Source: Okamejei kenojei (taxonomy: Eukaryota). Taken from it: a DNA stretch of 64,000 bases. Location of the stretch: contig CM069131.1 in assembly GCA_035221665.1 (NCBI GenBank), positions 27,590,001 to 27,654,000 of the forward strand, given 5' to 3'. The first letter of the stretch is position 1; each line of letters begins with the position of its first letter. The notes below the pieces were generated by a model, which did not search any database, was not told the DNA's origin, and saw only the letters and a program-made list of their open reading frames with translations. Made by a program: the position numbers and the translations under genes. Shown here piece after piece: positions 1 to 13,569 of this stretch.

Positions 1-61
1 GGTGCAGGCTCGAAGGGCCGAACGGCCTACTCCTGCACCTATTTTCTATGTTTCTATGTTC
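1..61 (+). mobile_element. CR1-type LINE 3' tail
   Basis: Terminal hairpin ggtgcagg...cctgcacc followed by (TTCTATGT)n; the same tail occurs at about 23650-23705, 38100-38150, 39790-39845 and 47390-47440. Confidence 0.8.
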
Positions 62-1578
62 CTAAAAGACTTCCCCCTTATCCTTAAACTGTGACCCCTT
101 GTTCTGGAGTTCCCCAACATCGGGAACAATCTTCCTGCATCTAGCCTGTCCAACCCCTTAAGAATTTTGTAAGTCTCTATAAGATCCCTCCTCAATCTTC
201 TAAATTCCAGCGAGTACAAGCCGAGTCTATCCAGTCTTTCTTCATATGGAAGTCCTGCCATCCCAGGAATCAGTCTTGTGAACCTTCTCTGTACTCCCTC
301 TATGGCAAGAATGTCTTTCCTCAGATTAGGAGACCAAAACTGTACGCAATACTCCAGGTGTGGCCTCACCAAGACACTGTACAACTGCAGTAGAGCCTAC
401 CTGCTCTTGTACTCAAATCCTTTTGCTATGAATGCCAACATACCATTCGCTTTCTTCACAGCCTGCTGCACCTGCATGTCTACTTTCAATGACTGGCGTA
501 CCATGACACCAAGGTCTCGTTGCATCTCCCCTTTTCCTAATCGGCCACCATTCAGATAATAGTCTACCCTCCTGTTCTTGCCACCAAAGTGGATAACCTC
601 ACATTTATCCATATTATACTGCATCTGCCATGCATTTGCCCACTCGCCCAACTTATCCAAGTCCCCTTGCAGCCTCCTAGCATCCTCCTCGCAGCTAACA
701 CTGCCCCCCAGCTTCGTGTCATCCGCAAACTTCGAGATGTTGCATTCAATTCCCTCATCCAGATCATTAATATATATTATAAATAGCTGGGGTCCAAGCA
801 CTGAGCCTTGCGGTACCCCACTAGTCACTGCCTGCCATTCTGAAAATGACCCATTTACTCCTACTCTTTACTTCCTGTCTGCCAGCCAGTTCTCTATCCA
901 CATCAATACTGAACCCCCAATACTGTGTGCTTTCAGTTTGTATACTAATCTCTTATGTGGGACCTTGACGAAGCCTTCTGAAAGTCCAGATATAACACAT
1001 CCACAGGTTCTCCCTTATCCACTCTACTAGTTACATCCTCGAAAAATTCTATAAGATTCATCATAAATCCTTTTTTTACCTTTCATAAATCCATGCTGAC
1101 TTTGTCCAATGATTTCACCACTTTCCAAATGTGCTGCTATCCCATCTTTAATAACTGACTAGCATTTTCCCCACTACCGATGTTAGGCTAACTGGTCTGT
1201 AATTCCCCGTTTTCTCTCTCCCTCCCTTTTTAAAAAGTGTGGTTACATTAGCTACCCTCCAATCCTCAGGAACTACTCCAGAATCTAAAGAGTTTTGAAA
1301 AATTATCACTAATGCATCCACTATTTCTGGGGCTACTTCCTTAAGTACTCTGGGATGCAGCCTATCTGGCCCTGGGGATTTATCGGCCTTTAATCCATTC
1401 AATTTACCTAACACCACTTCCCGGCTAACCTGGATTTCACTCAGTTCCTCCATGTCATTTGACCCCCGATCCCCTGTTATTTCTGGCAGATTATTTATGT
1501 CTTCCTTAGTGAAGACAGAACAAAAGTAGTTATTCAATTGGTCTGCCATGTCCTTGTTCCCCATGATCAATTCGCCAT
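62..1578 (-). mobile_element. CR1 LINE ORF2 (reverse transcriptase) fragment
   Basis: Minus ORFs 1148-1582, 397-828 and 46-384 carry KSPGPD, NYRPVSLTS, GVPQGSVLGP, KFADD and RPHLEYCVQFWSP. Confidence 0.95.
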
Positions 1579-2064
1579 GCATGTTGTTAAGATCACATTT
1601 TTGGCATTTAAAAATTAAAATATGAAAGTAAAAAATTGCAAAGGTAACTTAGATGCTGAAGTGGAAGACAAAAATTAACAAAAACACAGAGCAGGTTAGT
1701 TAACGTTTGATAACATTTTAACTCCTGAATTGTTAAATCCTTGTCTTTGATTTATTACAGCTACTGATTTTTTTGTGGCTATCCTTGCTTTTCAAAAGCA
1801 AATTAAACACAGATATATTAATTTTCATAATTTTCATAATTTTCATAATTATTGCTAGCAGTGGTAACATAATGGTATTCCTACACAACACCACGGCTAA
1901 TCAATGGACATATTTAAACAATTAACTTGGTTGTTCTTTCCTTTAAAATACTACATCTTACATTGTGGATCTGTTGTACGGTGAGAGTTTCTGCGACACA
2001 AGCCAGAAACAAACATTTTTATTTGGAAATTCTGACATGTTTTAAACATATATTTTCCTTCCAG

Positions 2065-2182
2065 ATTGTCCATTGATAGCGTTAATGCCGAGCTACATTC
2101 ACTTGACAGTAGAACAAAATCGATGCAAGTACATCTAAAGCAAGACGTTGATCTATTTCATCAAATGGAGGATTTCATTCAG
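2065..2182 (+). CDS. FHDC1: FH2-domain formin FHDC1/INF1-like, internal exon (end of FH2)
   Basis: Acceptor ttccttccag| and donor |gtgagc. Encodes LSIDSVNAELHSLDSRTKSMQVHLKQDVDLFHQMEDFIQ, resembling recalled human FHDC1 LSLENTEAELH...QQMEDFLQ. Orthologue versus paralogue unresolved. Confidence 0.85.
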
Positions 2183-3736
2183 GTGAGCCAGTATCTAAAA
2201 GACAAACTAGTGCATGTCCAAATAACAACAAGATGGAGTAGAGGTTAATTATTATGGTGAGATGACTGCAGTTTATTTAAAAACCGCATGGAATTCTAAG
2301 GTTCTGCAGTAGATTGCTTGAGCTAGAAAGATTAACAAATGCAGGTCTGTTTGTTGCTCTGCTGGCAATCTTAATGTTCATGTTGTACCTATCTCAAATG
2401 TCCAACGTTCTTCATGAGCTTTGTTTGAATTAATAGAGAATACTCAGAGTTTAGTTCTGGAGTACAATATTTATCCCACAACTGGGGTGATCAAGTTACA
2501 TACAATTGGTGTATACATTGATGACTTGTGGCCATCTTCCCTTGTGTGTAATAAATCTATATTCATTGCCTAAACAAAGAACATTCTGTTTCTGGCATAA
2601 TTATAAGTATTAAATAACTATTCAGAATTTTTGAAAGAGACCAAAAAGAACATGATTATTATGCTAACAAAATGTAGCTGTCATTTAAAAAAATTGGACT
2701 TTATTCAGTAACATGATAAATTCCAATCTTATTAGGTCAATAATAGAGCTAGAAAATTGTAGCTCTGTTAATGACGGCACAAAGATAGTTAGATCAGTGA
2801 GATTTAACAACTGTGCCAACTACAGGATATAATCTGAGTATTCAACCTTTGCTGGATGTATCATTTAGAGGGTTTGATTAGTTTATGTTTGAATTCTATT
2901 TCTGCTAGCAGTAGGGAAATGTGTAATGTGTAAAACATGCCTAGAGAAGAAGTACTCATAAAACGTAGGTGGATTCTTGATTCTATGTTGTAGGATTTCC
3001 GGAAAAAAGTGATGGAGAGTTTGTGATTTTATTCTTGTATAATTTAACTCGCATTGAACAAGAACATAAGAAATAGGATCAGGAGCTGCCCTTGTGGTCC
3101 TCCAAGATGGCTCCACTATTGAATAAGGTAGTGACTGACCTGATAATAAGATAATGATTTGCCTAATTTTCCCTCTCCCTCGCCTCCTTCTTAAGAGTCA
3201 AGTCAAGAGTGTTTTATTGTCATTTGTTCCAGATAGAACAATGCAATTCTTACTTCTTCCCCCTCCTCCTCACATCTCATGATCATTAACTCTTCCATGG
3301 ACAAGTAAGTGTGTATCAGGGCCCTGAATAGATTCAGTGAATCATTAGGGAAAGTACTGTGCTATTTCACATTAGGCCAAAGTAATACCCAGATACATGA
3401 GGCTCATTATTTACTTTAAGGATTAAATTAATGATCAAGCTAGATAGCAGGTACTGGCTATCATTTAGTGTCATTCGCTTCTAAAATCTTAATAACTATA
3501 ATTTAGAAAAGCAAGAAAGCTAGATTTTTTTAAAAAAACATCATTTAGATTACCTGATTTTAGGACATTATTGTAATGTAACTTGTTTGATGTTTGCAGA
3601 TAATAATTAGTGAGTTTCACTGTACCTTAATTGGTACACGTGACAATAAAATACCTTTGAATCTTTGAGAATTAAGGCACGATGTTAATTCTGTTCATCG
3701 CGCGTTTGCTGATGTACTGTATATCTTACCCTGCAG

Positions 3737-3901
3737 CAAAGTTTGAGAGAAGTGGACAGATTAGAGGCGCAACGGATGGAATTGCAGAGGGAAGCCAATA
3801 TTCTCATTGATTTCTTCTGTGAAGACAAAGAAACAATGAAATTAGAAGAATGCTTCAAAATTTTCCAAGACTTTTGTGATAGATTCAAAAAAGCTGTCAA
3901 G
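3737..3901 (+). CDS. FHDC1: FHDC1-like penultimate exon
   Basis: ccctgcag| acceptor, |gtaagt donor, 165 bp in phase 0. Encodes QSLREVDRLEAQRMELQREANILIDFFCEDKETMKLEECFKIFQDFCDRFKKAVK. Confidence 0.92.
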
Positions 3902-4140
3902 GTAAGTGGGCACACAACTACACTGAACTGCCAAATGACAGCTGCTTGTGAACCATTTTGTCAGTTTTTGGAATGAGGGATTTCTGATTGCCTCACTGTC
4001 ACCAAATATACAGTAGATGGTGATGTTTACTGAATAACTAAAGGAAAGTTCTCATAACTCTGAAACCTAAAATCTGAAGCAAATCTTAAAATAAGATAAC
4101 AACTGAATGTATTGTAAGTGCAGCTGAGTATGAATAAGAA

Positions 4141-4410
4141 TGATGAATGAATAAGTTTATTGGCCAAGTATTCACATACAAGGAATTTGCCTTGGTGCTC
4201 TGCCCGCAAGTGACAACATGACATACAGTGACAGTTAGGAATGACACATAAAACATTAAACATTAATAATAAAACATTATTGAGTAAACATGTGAATTAA
4301 ATAAAATACCAGAGCAAAAGGAGGCTACAGATTTTTGATTATTGAATAGAGCTACTACTCGTGGAAAAAAAGCTGTTTTTATGTCTGGCTGTGGCAGCTT
4401 TGACAGTACG
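4141..4410 (-). mobile_element. Short LINE 3'-end remnant (Rex1/Babar-like tail)
   Basis: (TGAA)n-tttattggccaagtattcacatacaag tail, also seen at about 10520-10565. Confidence 0.5.
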
Positions 4411-4759
4411 GTACCAGACAACCAAAAAATCAGCCTTATTTTGAAAAACATTTGAGGTTGATGTTTCAATTGGTGAATGCACTGTCTTGGACCAACTATG
4501 AAACATCGACTAAACATGGCTCTGCATTGACTGAGGTTTCTCAAGCAGGGCAGCACCAGGTGTTTCACTGGCTTTGCTTCAGGCGATAGAAAGGAACCAG
4601 CTTCTCCAGTCCTGATGCTAATCAGTGACTCAAACTAATATTTTATGTAGACAGACATTCTTCAAGGACAAAATCTAGATCAGTTATGATTACAGATCAT
4701 GAATCAAAACAAAAATCCTGTCTGATTTGATGCACAACTTAAAATAACATTTTGGTCAA

Positions 4760-5120
4760 CGAACATTAGAGGGAATAGCTATAAGGTGCGAGGGGAACGT
4801 TTAACCTGTTGACTGCCAAGTTTTTCTTCACTATTGACCATGAGCCTTGTATACTCGGGGGTGGCACTGTTCAGGTTATTGGAGATGTGTGGGTCCAGGT
4901 TTTACACAGAGAGTGGTGGAAGACCTGGAACACAAGGCCAAGGGTGGAGGCAGCAGATATGATAGTGGTGTTTGAGGTTTTTGGATAGACACTTAGAAGT
5001 GCAGGCAATAAAGGTATATGGATCATGTACAGGCAGATGTGCTCAGTTTAACTTGGCATCATGTTTGGCACAAACATTGTGGCCTGAAGGGTTCCTTCCT
5101 GGGCTGTTCTGTTCTGTTCT
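4760..5120 (+). mobile_element. Decayed CR1 3' fragment
   Basis: acacagagagtggtgg...gtttttggatagacac...ggcctgaaggg...(TGTTC)n CR1 terminus. Confidence 0.65.
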
Positions 5121-5552
5121 ATTAATTATTATCTATAGAATGGAGAAGGGCCATTGGGCCCATTGAGAATCACACTTGTAAATTCCATCCTGTCCAAAGA
5201 CCATAAGGCTAATGGGCTCTTTTGAGAGTTAGGAAATATCAATGTATTTTCCAGAAGAGGGGAGATGTTTGAACCAAACAAATTATTCTAAGAAGAAAAT
5301 AACTGAATTCTATTTGTGGTTTTCAGACATTTTCACCACAAGGGATTCTCCGAAATATCATTCATAATCTATGATTAGAAATATTTATTTTAAGTTGTTT
5401 TGTATATCTACGTCAACATAATTCAAGAAGTATCATTAGTTAATGTATAGTTCATGTGGGGGGTTTGCATTTATTTATTTAAAGGATATAAGGGAAATTG
5501 TCATTAAAATAAAATAATGAATTAATGAAAAACAAATCTCTGTACCCCATAG

Positions 5553-7977
5553 GAAAACAGAGACAGAGAAATTAAGGAACTCTGTCAACAACAAAGGCTA
5601 AAGGAATTGGAAGAGAAACGGCATTCGTGGGCTGCTGGTGAACGAAGTATCTTTGGAAGGAGTAGTAGCGAAAATGATGTGAAACTGCTCATCAAGGATG
5701 GACTACATGATCTTATAGCTTTCACTCATCCGAGATCTCTAAGCCCCGGGGGTGTAAAGAGAACTAGAAGCAGACGCTTACGCTCATCGGAAGGTTCTGC
5801 TATTGACAGCCATTTGTTGTCATTTTTGCAGGCTGCGAGTGCAGATGAACAAGCTAAGTCAAACAGTATCCCTCGTTCTGTTGCACGTTGCTCTAGACAG
5901 AGGGTAGCCTGGCAAGAGATGTCAGAAACCCGTGATGGAAGCTTAGATAGTGCCCACTTTGACTCCAATCAGGGCTGTGCTCAAACCACAGTTATAAAAG
6001 ATAGCTATGTCTGCATGGCTTCAGCTGAGCCATGCACTGCTAGGAATACAGAGACCGCTCCTACAGAGAACTTCACAAAGACTGAAAGTGAAATTGGTCA
6101 GCATGAACAAGATGCCTACAATAACAATGAGAATATAATAAAGGATAATGCCCACGCAACGTATACAGACATCACAAACTTAAACCAGATGATCGACTCC
6201 AAACAGCAGCTTGAGCTTCTTGAAGGTTTACAGATTTTCAATTACTCCAGTGTCGCTGACTCCAGCCAAGGAACGACCTGTGATGATGTTACACTAACAG
6301 ACCTCGAGTACACCGAAGACCTGAGTTTGCAGACTCCTACTACAGATGTGGGTTTGTCGACACCGAGTACAGATGTGAGTGTACAGAAACTCCAAGTACA
6401 GGTGTGGGTATGCAAACTGTTAGTACAGATGTGGGTGTGCAGACTCCCAGTACAGACGTGAGTGCGCAGACACCTAGTACAGATGTGAGTGTACAAACCC
6501 CTGGTACAGAGGAGAATTTGCAGACTGCTGATACAGATGTCAGTGTGCAGGCCTGTGACACAGATATGAGTCCCCTGATGTCTAGCACTAGTGTAGGCAT
6601 TCAGACATCTACTAGCTCTGATTCTGGTGTATTTTCTGGTCTGGTCTCAAAGGTATTTGATGGTGAGTCTTCCTGCTTTACGGGTTCTCGGTCATTACCA
6701 CAGAAAATAAAGAATACAGAAGGCACTGAAGTATCCATCCAGAGTTCAGATGCAGCTAATAACTCTGTCTTAAACAAGGAAAGCAGGACTGTGTTTTTTG
6801 TTTTGGGATATACAGGTGGTGGAGATGGTTCTGAAACTTCAGAGCAATGTGAAGTAAAAGCTGCCTGCCAGAAAATCCAAGTAGAATCACAATGCCAATT
6901 TAAAAGTCCTAAAGGAGACCACACAGAAGTTTCTTATGATTTGTCAGACATGAAAAGGGACAATCCTCTCATTCCCATTACCAAAAATATAACCATTAAT
7001 AATGACAATGCTATTGAGGCAGCCTCTGAGACAATGAACTTACCAAAGGTAGCAAAGCAGAATTGCAGTGGAAAGCAGCCTAGTATGGTTAGAGGAGAAG
7101 CATTGCCCACTCCAAAAACAACTTTGCATTATTTGAGCAGTCCAGTTCATCCTAAAACTTCAAGGACAACAAACCACCATAATAATGAGGAAATCAGGAG
7201 GGTTTTGCCAATATCAAAATCAAGTAGAAGATCCAATAGTGTCAGAAGACCAGAAGCAAAAGCATTAAGTAGTGATGAACAAAAACACTCTCAAAAGGCT
7301 TCAGGCTCAAAGTGGCGAGACAATTGGTCAAAGACTGCTCGCAGGTCCAGCTATCCAGTGGCAGACCAAAAGCCAACAAAAGAGACTGCTGCTTTGGCTA
7401 ATTCATCTAATAGCATTACAAAGCGTAAAGACTCGCTCAGAAAACCTAGTGCTAAGCCAGTCCGAAATATCCCCAAGCCAAAGCCTGATGAAAGCAGTAA
7501 GATTTGTCGCTCAGTTACAAGAAGCTTCCCCAGGCACAGCACAAGTACAGGTGGAACAACAGAATCCATGGAAGGAAATAGTAATTCAGCCTCACCAATG
7601 CTTACTCCCAGCTTTGCCAGAAACACTGTGGCCTCTTCCTCTCGACGCCAGAGGACAGATTCCAGACCGATTCCCAGCACATCCCCGCAACTCGCCAAAG
7701 CACCAAACCTCACCAGAACCTCTTCGCAGAGGCAAACAATGCAAAGTACGTTAGAACAAATCATACAAAGAGCAGTGAAAATACCAACATGAAACGGCCA
7801 AGTACCCCAAAACTGGGGACCAAGACTGAAGAGCAGGATAAGGCACCAACATGCAAAACACAGTCCACCTACACAGGCGACAACACTTTGCAAAAATCAA
7901 CTGAAAAGAAACACCTTCCAGCCACAGATTCCATTAGAAGCAAGAAAACTCCTGAAAGATCATCGAAGTGGAAGTAA
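5553..7977 (+). CDS. FHDC1: FHDC1-like large terminal exon (disordered, microtubule-binding tail); two apparent frameshifts near 6388 and 7740
   Basis: ccccatag| acceptor in frame with ORF 5607-6461 (GRSSSENDV). ORF 6404-7792 has RRVLPISKSSR, RKPSAKPVRNIPK, PSFARNTVASSSR and AKAPNLTRTSSQRQ, all FHDC1 C-terminal blocks. Probable final frame is 7789-7977; as assembled the frame stops at 6461. Confidence 0.85.
6309..6607 (+). repeat. Coding minisatellite: 11 x 27 bp (9 aa, consensus PSTDVSVQT)
   Basis: Units such as CCCAGTACAGACGTGAGTGCGCAGACA; the third unit is 29 bp. Confidence 0.9.
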
Positions 7978-9947
7978 AATGTTTTACTGATGTAGAGCTT
8001 AGGGCAGTAGCAAGTTAAGATCTTTGTAGGCCTTCCCGAATGGAAGTTCTCCCGTTGTGTGCCTGCAGTCCAATTTTCCATTGGTATGTATTGGTGTTCT
8101 GCATTGGTCAAACATGCCAGGTCTTGCAGGCAGGGATCAGTTACCTTTTGTGAACCATTGTTTGTGGCACCATGAAATGGAGCAGAAAACTGCCAGGACC
8201 AGCTCTGCCTTTTAGACGTGAGTCTCTTGCCATTCATTCACAAATTAATTGATGTACAGAAAAGGTCTGTTGGCATTATCGCATCTTACATGGCAGCAAG
8301 AGGCAGAGATTGAAAATCCAGTGGGGGAATGATAATTGAATTTGAAAATAATAATCCCATTCGACAGAGGCCGAACCAGATTTCAGCAGCATTTGGTTAG
8401 TCGCAACGTATTTGCTAATTCCTCAGGAAGAAGTACCGATCCATGGTATTTTCAGGATTAAGTTAGAGTGCTGCTTCTCCGTAATGGATTTTGATCCATC
8501 ACATGAAAATGTCAAGAAGCTAAGCTGGCTTTATATCTCTCTGCAGCTGGTGAATGTATCTTTTTAAAATGTCAAGATTAAATCTTCAAATTTTTAGAAG
8601 ATGGCTATTTATAGTTATGGTGGGCTACTACTTTCTTTTTAAGGGAGGAAAGTACTGGTGCTAAGGAATAGAAATGTATAAAGAAACTAGTGAACGAATG
8701 AGTGGGCTGGAGGTTCCACTTGATTACATAGTTGCAGCACAATAATTTATTTTTTGTATTGTGATATGAATAACGTGTATAATACACAGTGCATAGCATA
8801 TTCTGTACAGTATTGGTATATGTTAGTTAAACTCCATGGATGGGATAACTATTGTGTTCAGTCACTTTCACCAAGGGGTCATTACGATTATAGGGCTTGC
8901 AAGAGATTGGAACCGAGGGTCGAAGTATGTAGCTGGGACAAGTCAATATCAATTGATACTTCTTCTGGTCGCCCCTATGTTGCAGGACTCACATGAGTGC
9001 AAACCAATGAACATTGTAGAGTTCTCACTCTGAAACACAAAAATAATCCATTCGATGTCGAATGTTGGCTGGTGAATTTTGAACACAAGCAGTGCCATGA
9101 AACAGCCGCACACTTTGTAGTTAATGATATCCTTATATTTAATATTGTGCTAGTGTGCATATGGGGATGTTGCACTGTTTCTTCAGCAGTTGTCTTTTTA
9201 CTGATCTAATTAAATATGAAAGCTGCTCATTTGTCTGCAACTGCGTTGTTAGGCCGTGCCTGTCCTAGCAATGGTGTATAGGACATTTCCTGCTCTCGTT
9301 CTGTAGTGTTTTTTATGGGGCTATGTTATACCCTAATTTCCCTCCAGGTGGTACTTTAACCTAAAAATATATATTTTTGTTAGATATGAGATCATTATAT
9401 CTCTTAACAGACACACATACTGCCTGTGAAATGGACTAGACTGAATGTGGGTAGGACTGAGAGGCTCCTGGCTTCTGAAGCTGCCCCATTTACTCGAGAT
9501 GAATGTTTTTTACTATAGGCAGATTAAGGAATTCCAGTCTCTTTTTGTTTGTAATTCAATTAGCATGGGGTGTTACTACACATCCACATTATTGTTAGTG
9601 TTTAGTGTAATATAACAAGACTGATTTACATCCTGAAGAGGTCAATTTTAAAGTGTCTATTTTTTTCGTCTTCATAATTTACAAGCGTTTGCTCATTTGG
9701 ATTTGAGGATTGTCCATTCCACCCCTTGTCTATTGCGCCCTCTGATGGCATTGTGTAACTTATCACATTGCTTTATTTTATCGTTCCATCAGCATCCACC
9801 CTCATTAACTATTAAATTGTAATGGCTCAATGGGCATTCACATTTTAAGATTACCTTACATTTGTAAACAAAAGTGATGTATCTCTGTAAATTGAAATGA
9901 AGTGTTGTAGTATTTGCACGTTCCACAAAACTTCTGTTCAGTCAAGT

Positions 9948-9990
9948 ATTAAAAGTCAGTTCTGTCCCATTAAATAGTGATTGTGTTGTC
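9948..9990 (+). terminator. Candidate polyadenylation signals of the FHDC1-like gene
   Basis: ATTAAA at 9948 and 9969 followed by GU-rich gattgtgttgtc, at the end of about 2 kb of sequence with no recognised repeats. Confidence 0.45.
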
Positions 9991-10126
9991 TACTTATTGC
10001 AATGTGCTTTCCTAATTAAGCTTTATAAAGATTAACTGTTAGAAACTGCAATCTACATTGGGCCTAATGGTGAGCAAAATTGGGACGGTGATTTGCCCTG
10101 CCAATATTCAGTTCCATTCTGAATAA

Positions 10127-10437
10127 TTTAGTTTAGTTTTGAGATACAGCGTGGAAACAGGCCCTTCGGTCCACCGGGTCCGCACCGACCAGTGACCCAG
10201 TGATCCCCATACACTAGCACTATCCTACACACACTAGGGACAATTTACAGTTATACCAAGCTAACTAACATACAAACCTATACGTCTTTGGAGTGTGGGA
10301 AGCAACTGGATATCCCAGAGAAAACCCACGCAGGTCACGGGGAGAATGTACAAACTCCGTGCAGGCAAGCACCCGTAGTCATGATCGAACCCGGGTCTCT
10401 GGCACTATAAGGCAGCAACTCTACCACTGTGCCGCCC
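10127..10437 (-). mobile_element. HE1-type tRNA-derived V-SINE
   Basis: On -: gggcggcacagtgg A-box head, GGTTCGATC B box, V-domain gggttttctctggg...cccacactccaaag, CR1-derived tail and (CTAAA)n. Confidence 0.85.
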
Positions 10438-11922
10438 TCTACTGCTACACCACCGTGCATAACAGGGGTTGATGGAACGATGATAGGGCTTGAATTTTGC
10501 AGCCTCGATGGCAAAGATACATGAATGAATGAATACGTTTATTGGCCAAGTATTCACATACAAGATGCTTTGCAAAATCACACTAATTGAAATGTGATTG
10601 AAGTTTTGCATCATAAAATCTCAAAGAGAGATCTGTGATAGCAATCTTTAAACTTTGAAGAGTTAGTATTTATTCTTTTCCCACTGCGTCCACGTATTCA
10701 TTACTGGACTGCAGTGGGAGTTGGAAAGATGGAGAACTAAGCAAATGGATGTCAGTGGGTGTTTAGCAACGGACACATACATAAGCAGCAAAATAGGATA
10801 TATCCCCTTGAATGTGATCTACATTCAAAATAACATCTGATCTTGGCTATCCATTCCCTGAACCGGTTGTCCCCAGGTTGCGGCAGGGTTCTGTGCCTCA
10901 AACTGTCTGTAAACAACAGTTCACAATTTGGAAATGTGGCCGTGAATGGAGTTCCCACACAGCAGAAGTTGCCCCGCAGCAGCAGGCAAATCCAACCTAC
11001 AATCGGTCATCCAATTATTTATTTGTATGTATGGGCTGTACATAAGTCACCCGTTCATAAACTGTAACTCTTGATTCCCAAGTCATCTATCTGAAGCTTG
11101 AGTATATTCAATGACTCAATCACCTCAGCTGCCTTGGGTAAATGTTTTTAAAATATTTGAAAGATACAGGAAGGATATTAAAAAATGCCGACTCTTGTGT
11201 ACTGACTCAGTGTGGTCTATCTTACACTCTTATACTCTTATGATTGTGCCTAATGTATAGTAAAATCATCACTGAATTGTATACAAAAATATAATTTCCC
11301 TGTACTTCGGTACACAGGACAATAAAGTACCATTGATGAAGTATTATTGAACTATTAAATAATTCCAAATGCTCTGTGAGTGGAAAGAAAATACACTCAT
11401 CTCCAGACTAAAAGATAGACTCCATAAACTAGAGCAATTCCCCCTCGTTCCTGGGTCGCCAACATGTAAACACTGTCTCAGAATTCACCCTGTCAAGCCC
11501 AGACTCTTACACATTTCAGTAAGTTAATTTCCCATTCTAAACACCAATGAGTGTATGTTCAATCTGCTCAACTTCTCCTCCAAAGGCAACCCCAAGTGAA
11601 CTTTCTCTGAACTTCTTTTAATAGAAATATATTGGTATCTGGGATAAGGTGACCTGTTGCCTTGGAGAATAGCATCCAGTGTGAATGGGACATGGGATAA
11701 AGGGGGAAGGTATGACACTATATGATAAAACCCCCCAAATGGGACTGGCCAGGTTGTGGAACACCTGATTTGTGGAAATCTGTCGTTATGATAAATGATC
11801 TCATTAATTTTTAAAGATTTTTTTCAAGATAGTAATATATTTTATGAAAGCATTAATAACCAGATGCAGTATGTTTCATCAGATACATTATGGGAAATGT
11901 TAAGGAGAACATAGAAAATAGT

Positions 11923-12081
11923 CATATAACCATATAACCATATAACCATATAACAATTACAGCACGGAAACAGGCCCTCTCGGCCCTTCCAGTCCGTGCC
12001 GACCATTTGTTTTCCCCTAGTCCCATCTACCTGCACTCAGACCATACCCCTCCATTCCCTTCACGTCCATATACCTATCCA
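11923..12081 (-). mobile_element. Young CR1 3' tail with (ATATGGTT)n terminus
   Basis: Nearly identical to the insert at 44158-44253. Confidence 0.75.
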
Positions 12082-12960
12082 CTGAATGAAATAAAAGAAT
12101 TATAGGAAGTCTGTGCAGTGATATGCTTTGGGCAGTGACAAAAAAATTATATTTTTGACTTTCAGAAAAATCAGTAAATGCAGTTCCTCAGCAAATGGAA
12201 CTTTACATAACGCAGGGACAACCTGTTATCTGCTATCCCACTTCAGAAATCAAGATGAGTAAGTATCCATTTCACTGGTAGCTACTTTCTGAGCTCCCAT
12301 TTATACATCAGAGTCCCGGTTACCATGCTCCCTTTCACACACAGGAGCATGGTTCATGCACTCCATTTCACACACTGGGACTTCAGTTGCAACGCTCCAA
12401 TTACACTGATGGTGCCAAGTTTCAACACCCCCATTAAACTCAGCATTTATTCCTGCATTCGTTTGAATCTCACCCAGCTTTGTTTTTAGCACTCCTTTGA
12501 AACTTGGTCAGGCCTCGTTTCCCCTGTCCTTTGAACTTACCGTATTAAGTGGAAAATGTATTATTCTACTGTGTAATATCTCAAGAAAGTGTTGGAGAAT
12601 TAGTAAAAAGGAAATCCAATTGGCCAGAACATCTACCAGTTCACCACCGAGACTGAGCATTCTGGATTAACAGAACTTTACTGTAGGTGTGGGTTAAACA
12701 ACGCGTTGGAGAATCATTGGGTATCCACAGTTTAGCAATGTGAGTGATTTAGTTCACATTGCTCTGCTGTATAGTGTTAGTTGGCATTTTCACATTAATA
12801 TTTGCTGACACTTTCCTCGTGAACTGTACATGATAAACGTTCATGGCATTGTGATTAATTTATTAGCAAGGATTGAGAACTAGCTAATAAATTGGGATAA
12901 AAGAGCCATTTTCATATTAGCAAAGAATCTGGAAAGAGGAACAGTCAACATTTCAGGTCT

Positions 12961-13163
12961 TGTAAGATATTACGGCTTCAGCTTGTAGATAGAAACAAGC
13001 ACAGGTTTTCAGTGCATGCTGTTGCTAGTGTGGGTCATCTTTATTGTGCAAAAGTACACTGCACATACTCATATTCACGAGACTGATAAGATATAGAATA
13101 TATCACATGACATAGATCATACACTCAGTTCTTAAAGTTACAGTTACCATTATATGCACTACA
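12961..13163 (-). repeat. 3' LTR of Mag-like Gypsy
   Basis: Direct repeat of 24054-24269, roughly 10-15% diverged by eye. Confidence 0.9.
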
Positions 13164-13569
13164 CTGTTCTCCCCTTAGAAGGTAAAATAACTTGTAAATT
13201 AGACAAACAAGAATAATTTTCCAATTTAAATCTGTGACAGGTTTATACGCACATTCTTTTGATCACCTCGTGGTTTGTAGGGGAGTGTCAGGAGGTCGTG
13301 GATTCTAAGGAGAGTCAAGAGTTCATGAGAATCTATTACTTGTCTACTTAGGAGATTCTGCTCTTACCATCGGAACTTTGCATAATAACGAAAGGTCTGA
13401 CAGATCCTACTTTTTCGTCTATGCTTTGCTCTGTGATCAGGTTCATCCCCTTCGCCTGGATCCATTGGTTTATGTGCACACTTCTAACCCCTCCCCCCAA
13501 TTTCTACCAAGTAAATTCCTGGTACCACACACTTCAACTACTGTTCCCACCTCCCATTTGTTTTGGGGG

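Noticed and set aside
278-1030. Plus-strand ORFs of 93-150 aa
   Set aside because: Antisense shadows of the CR1 RT; the same shadows recur at other CR1 copies.
12290-12545. Unique-looking stretch with a 63-aa minus ORF
   Set aside because: No recognisable homology or consistent splice pair.
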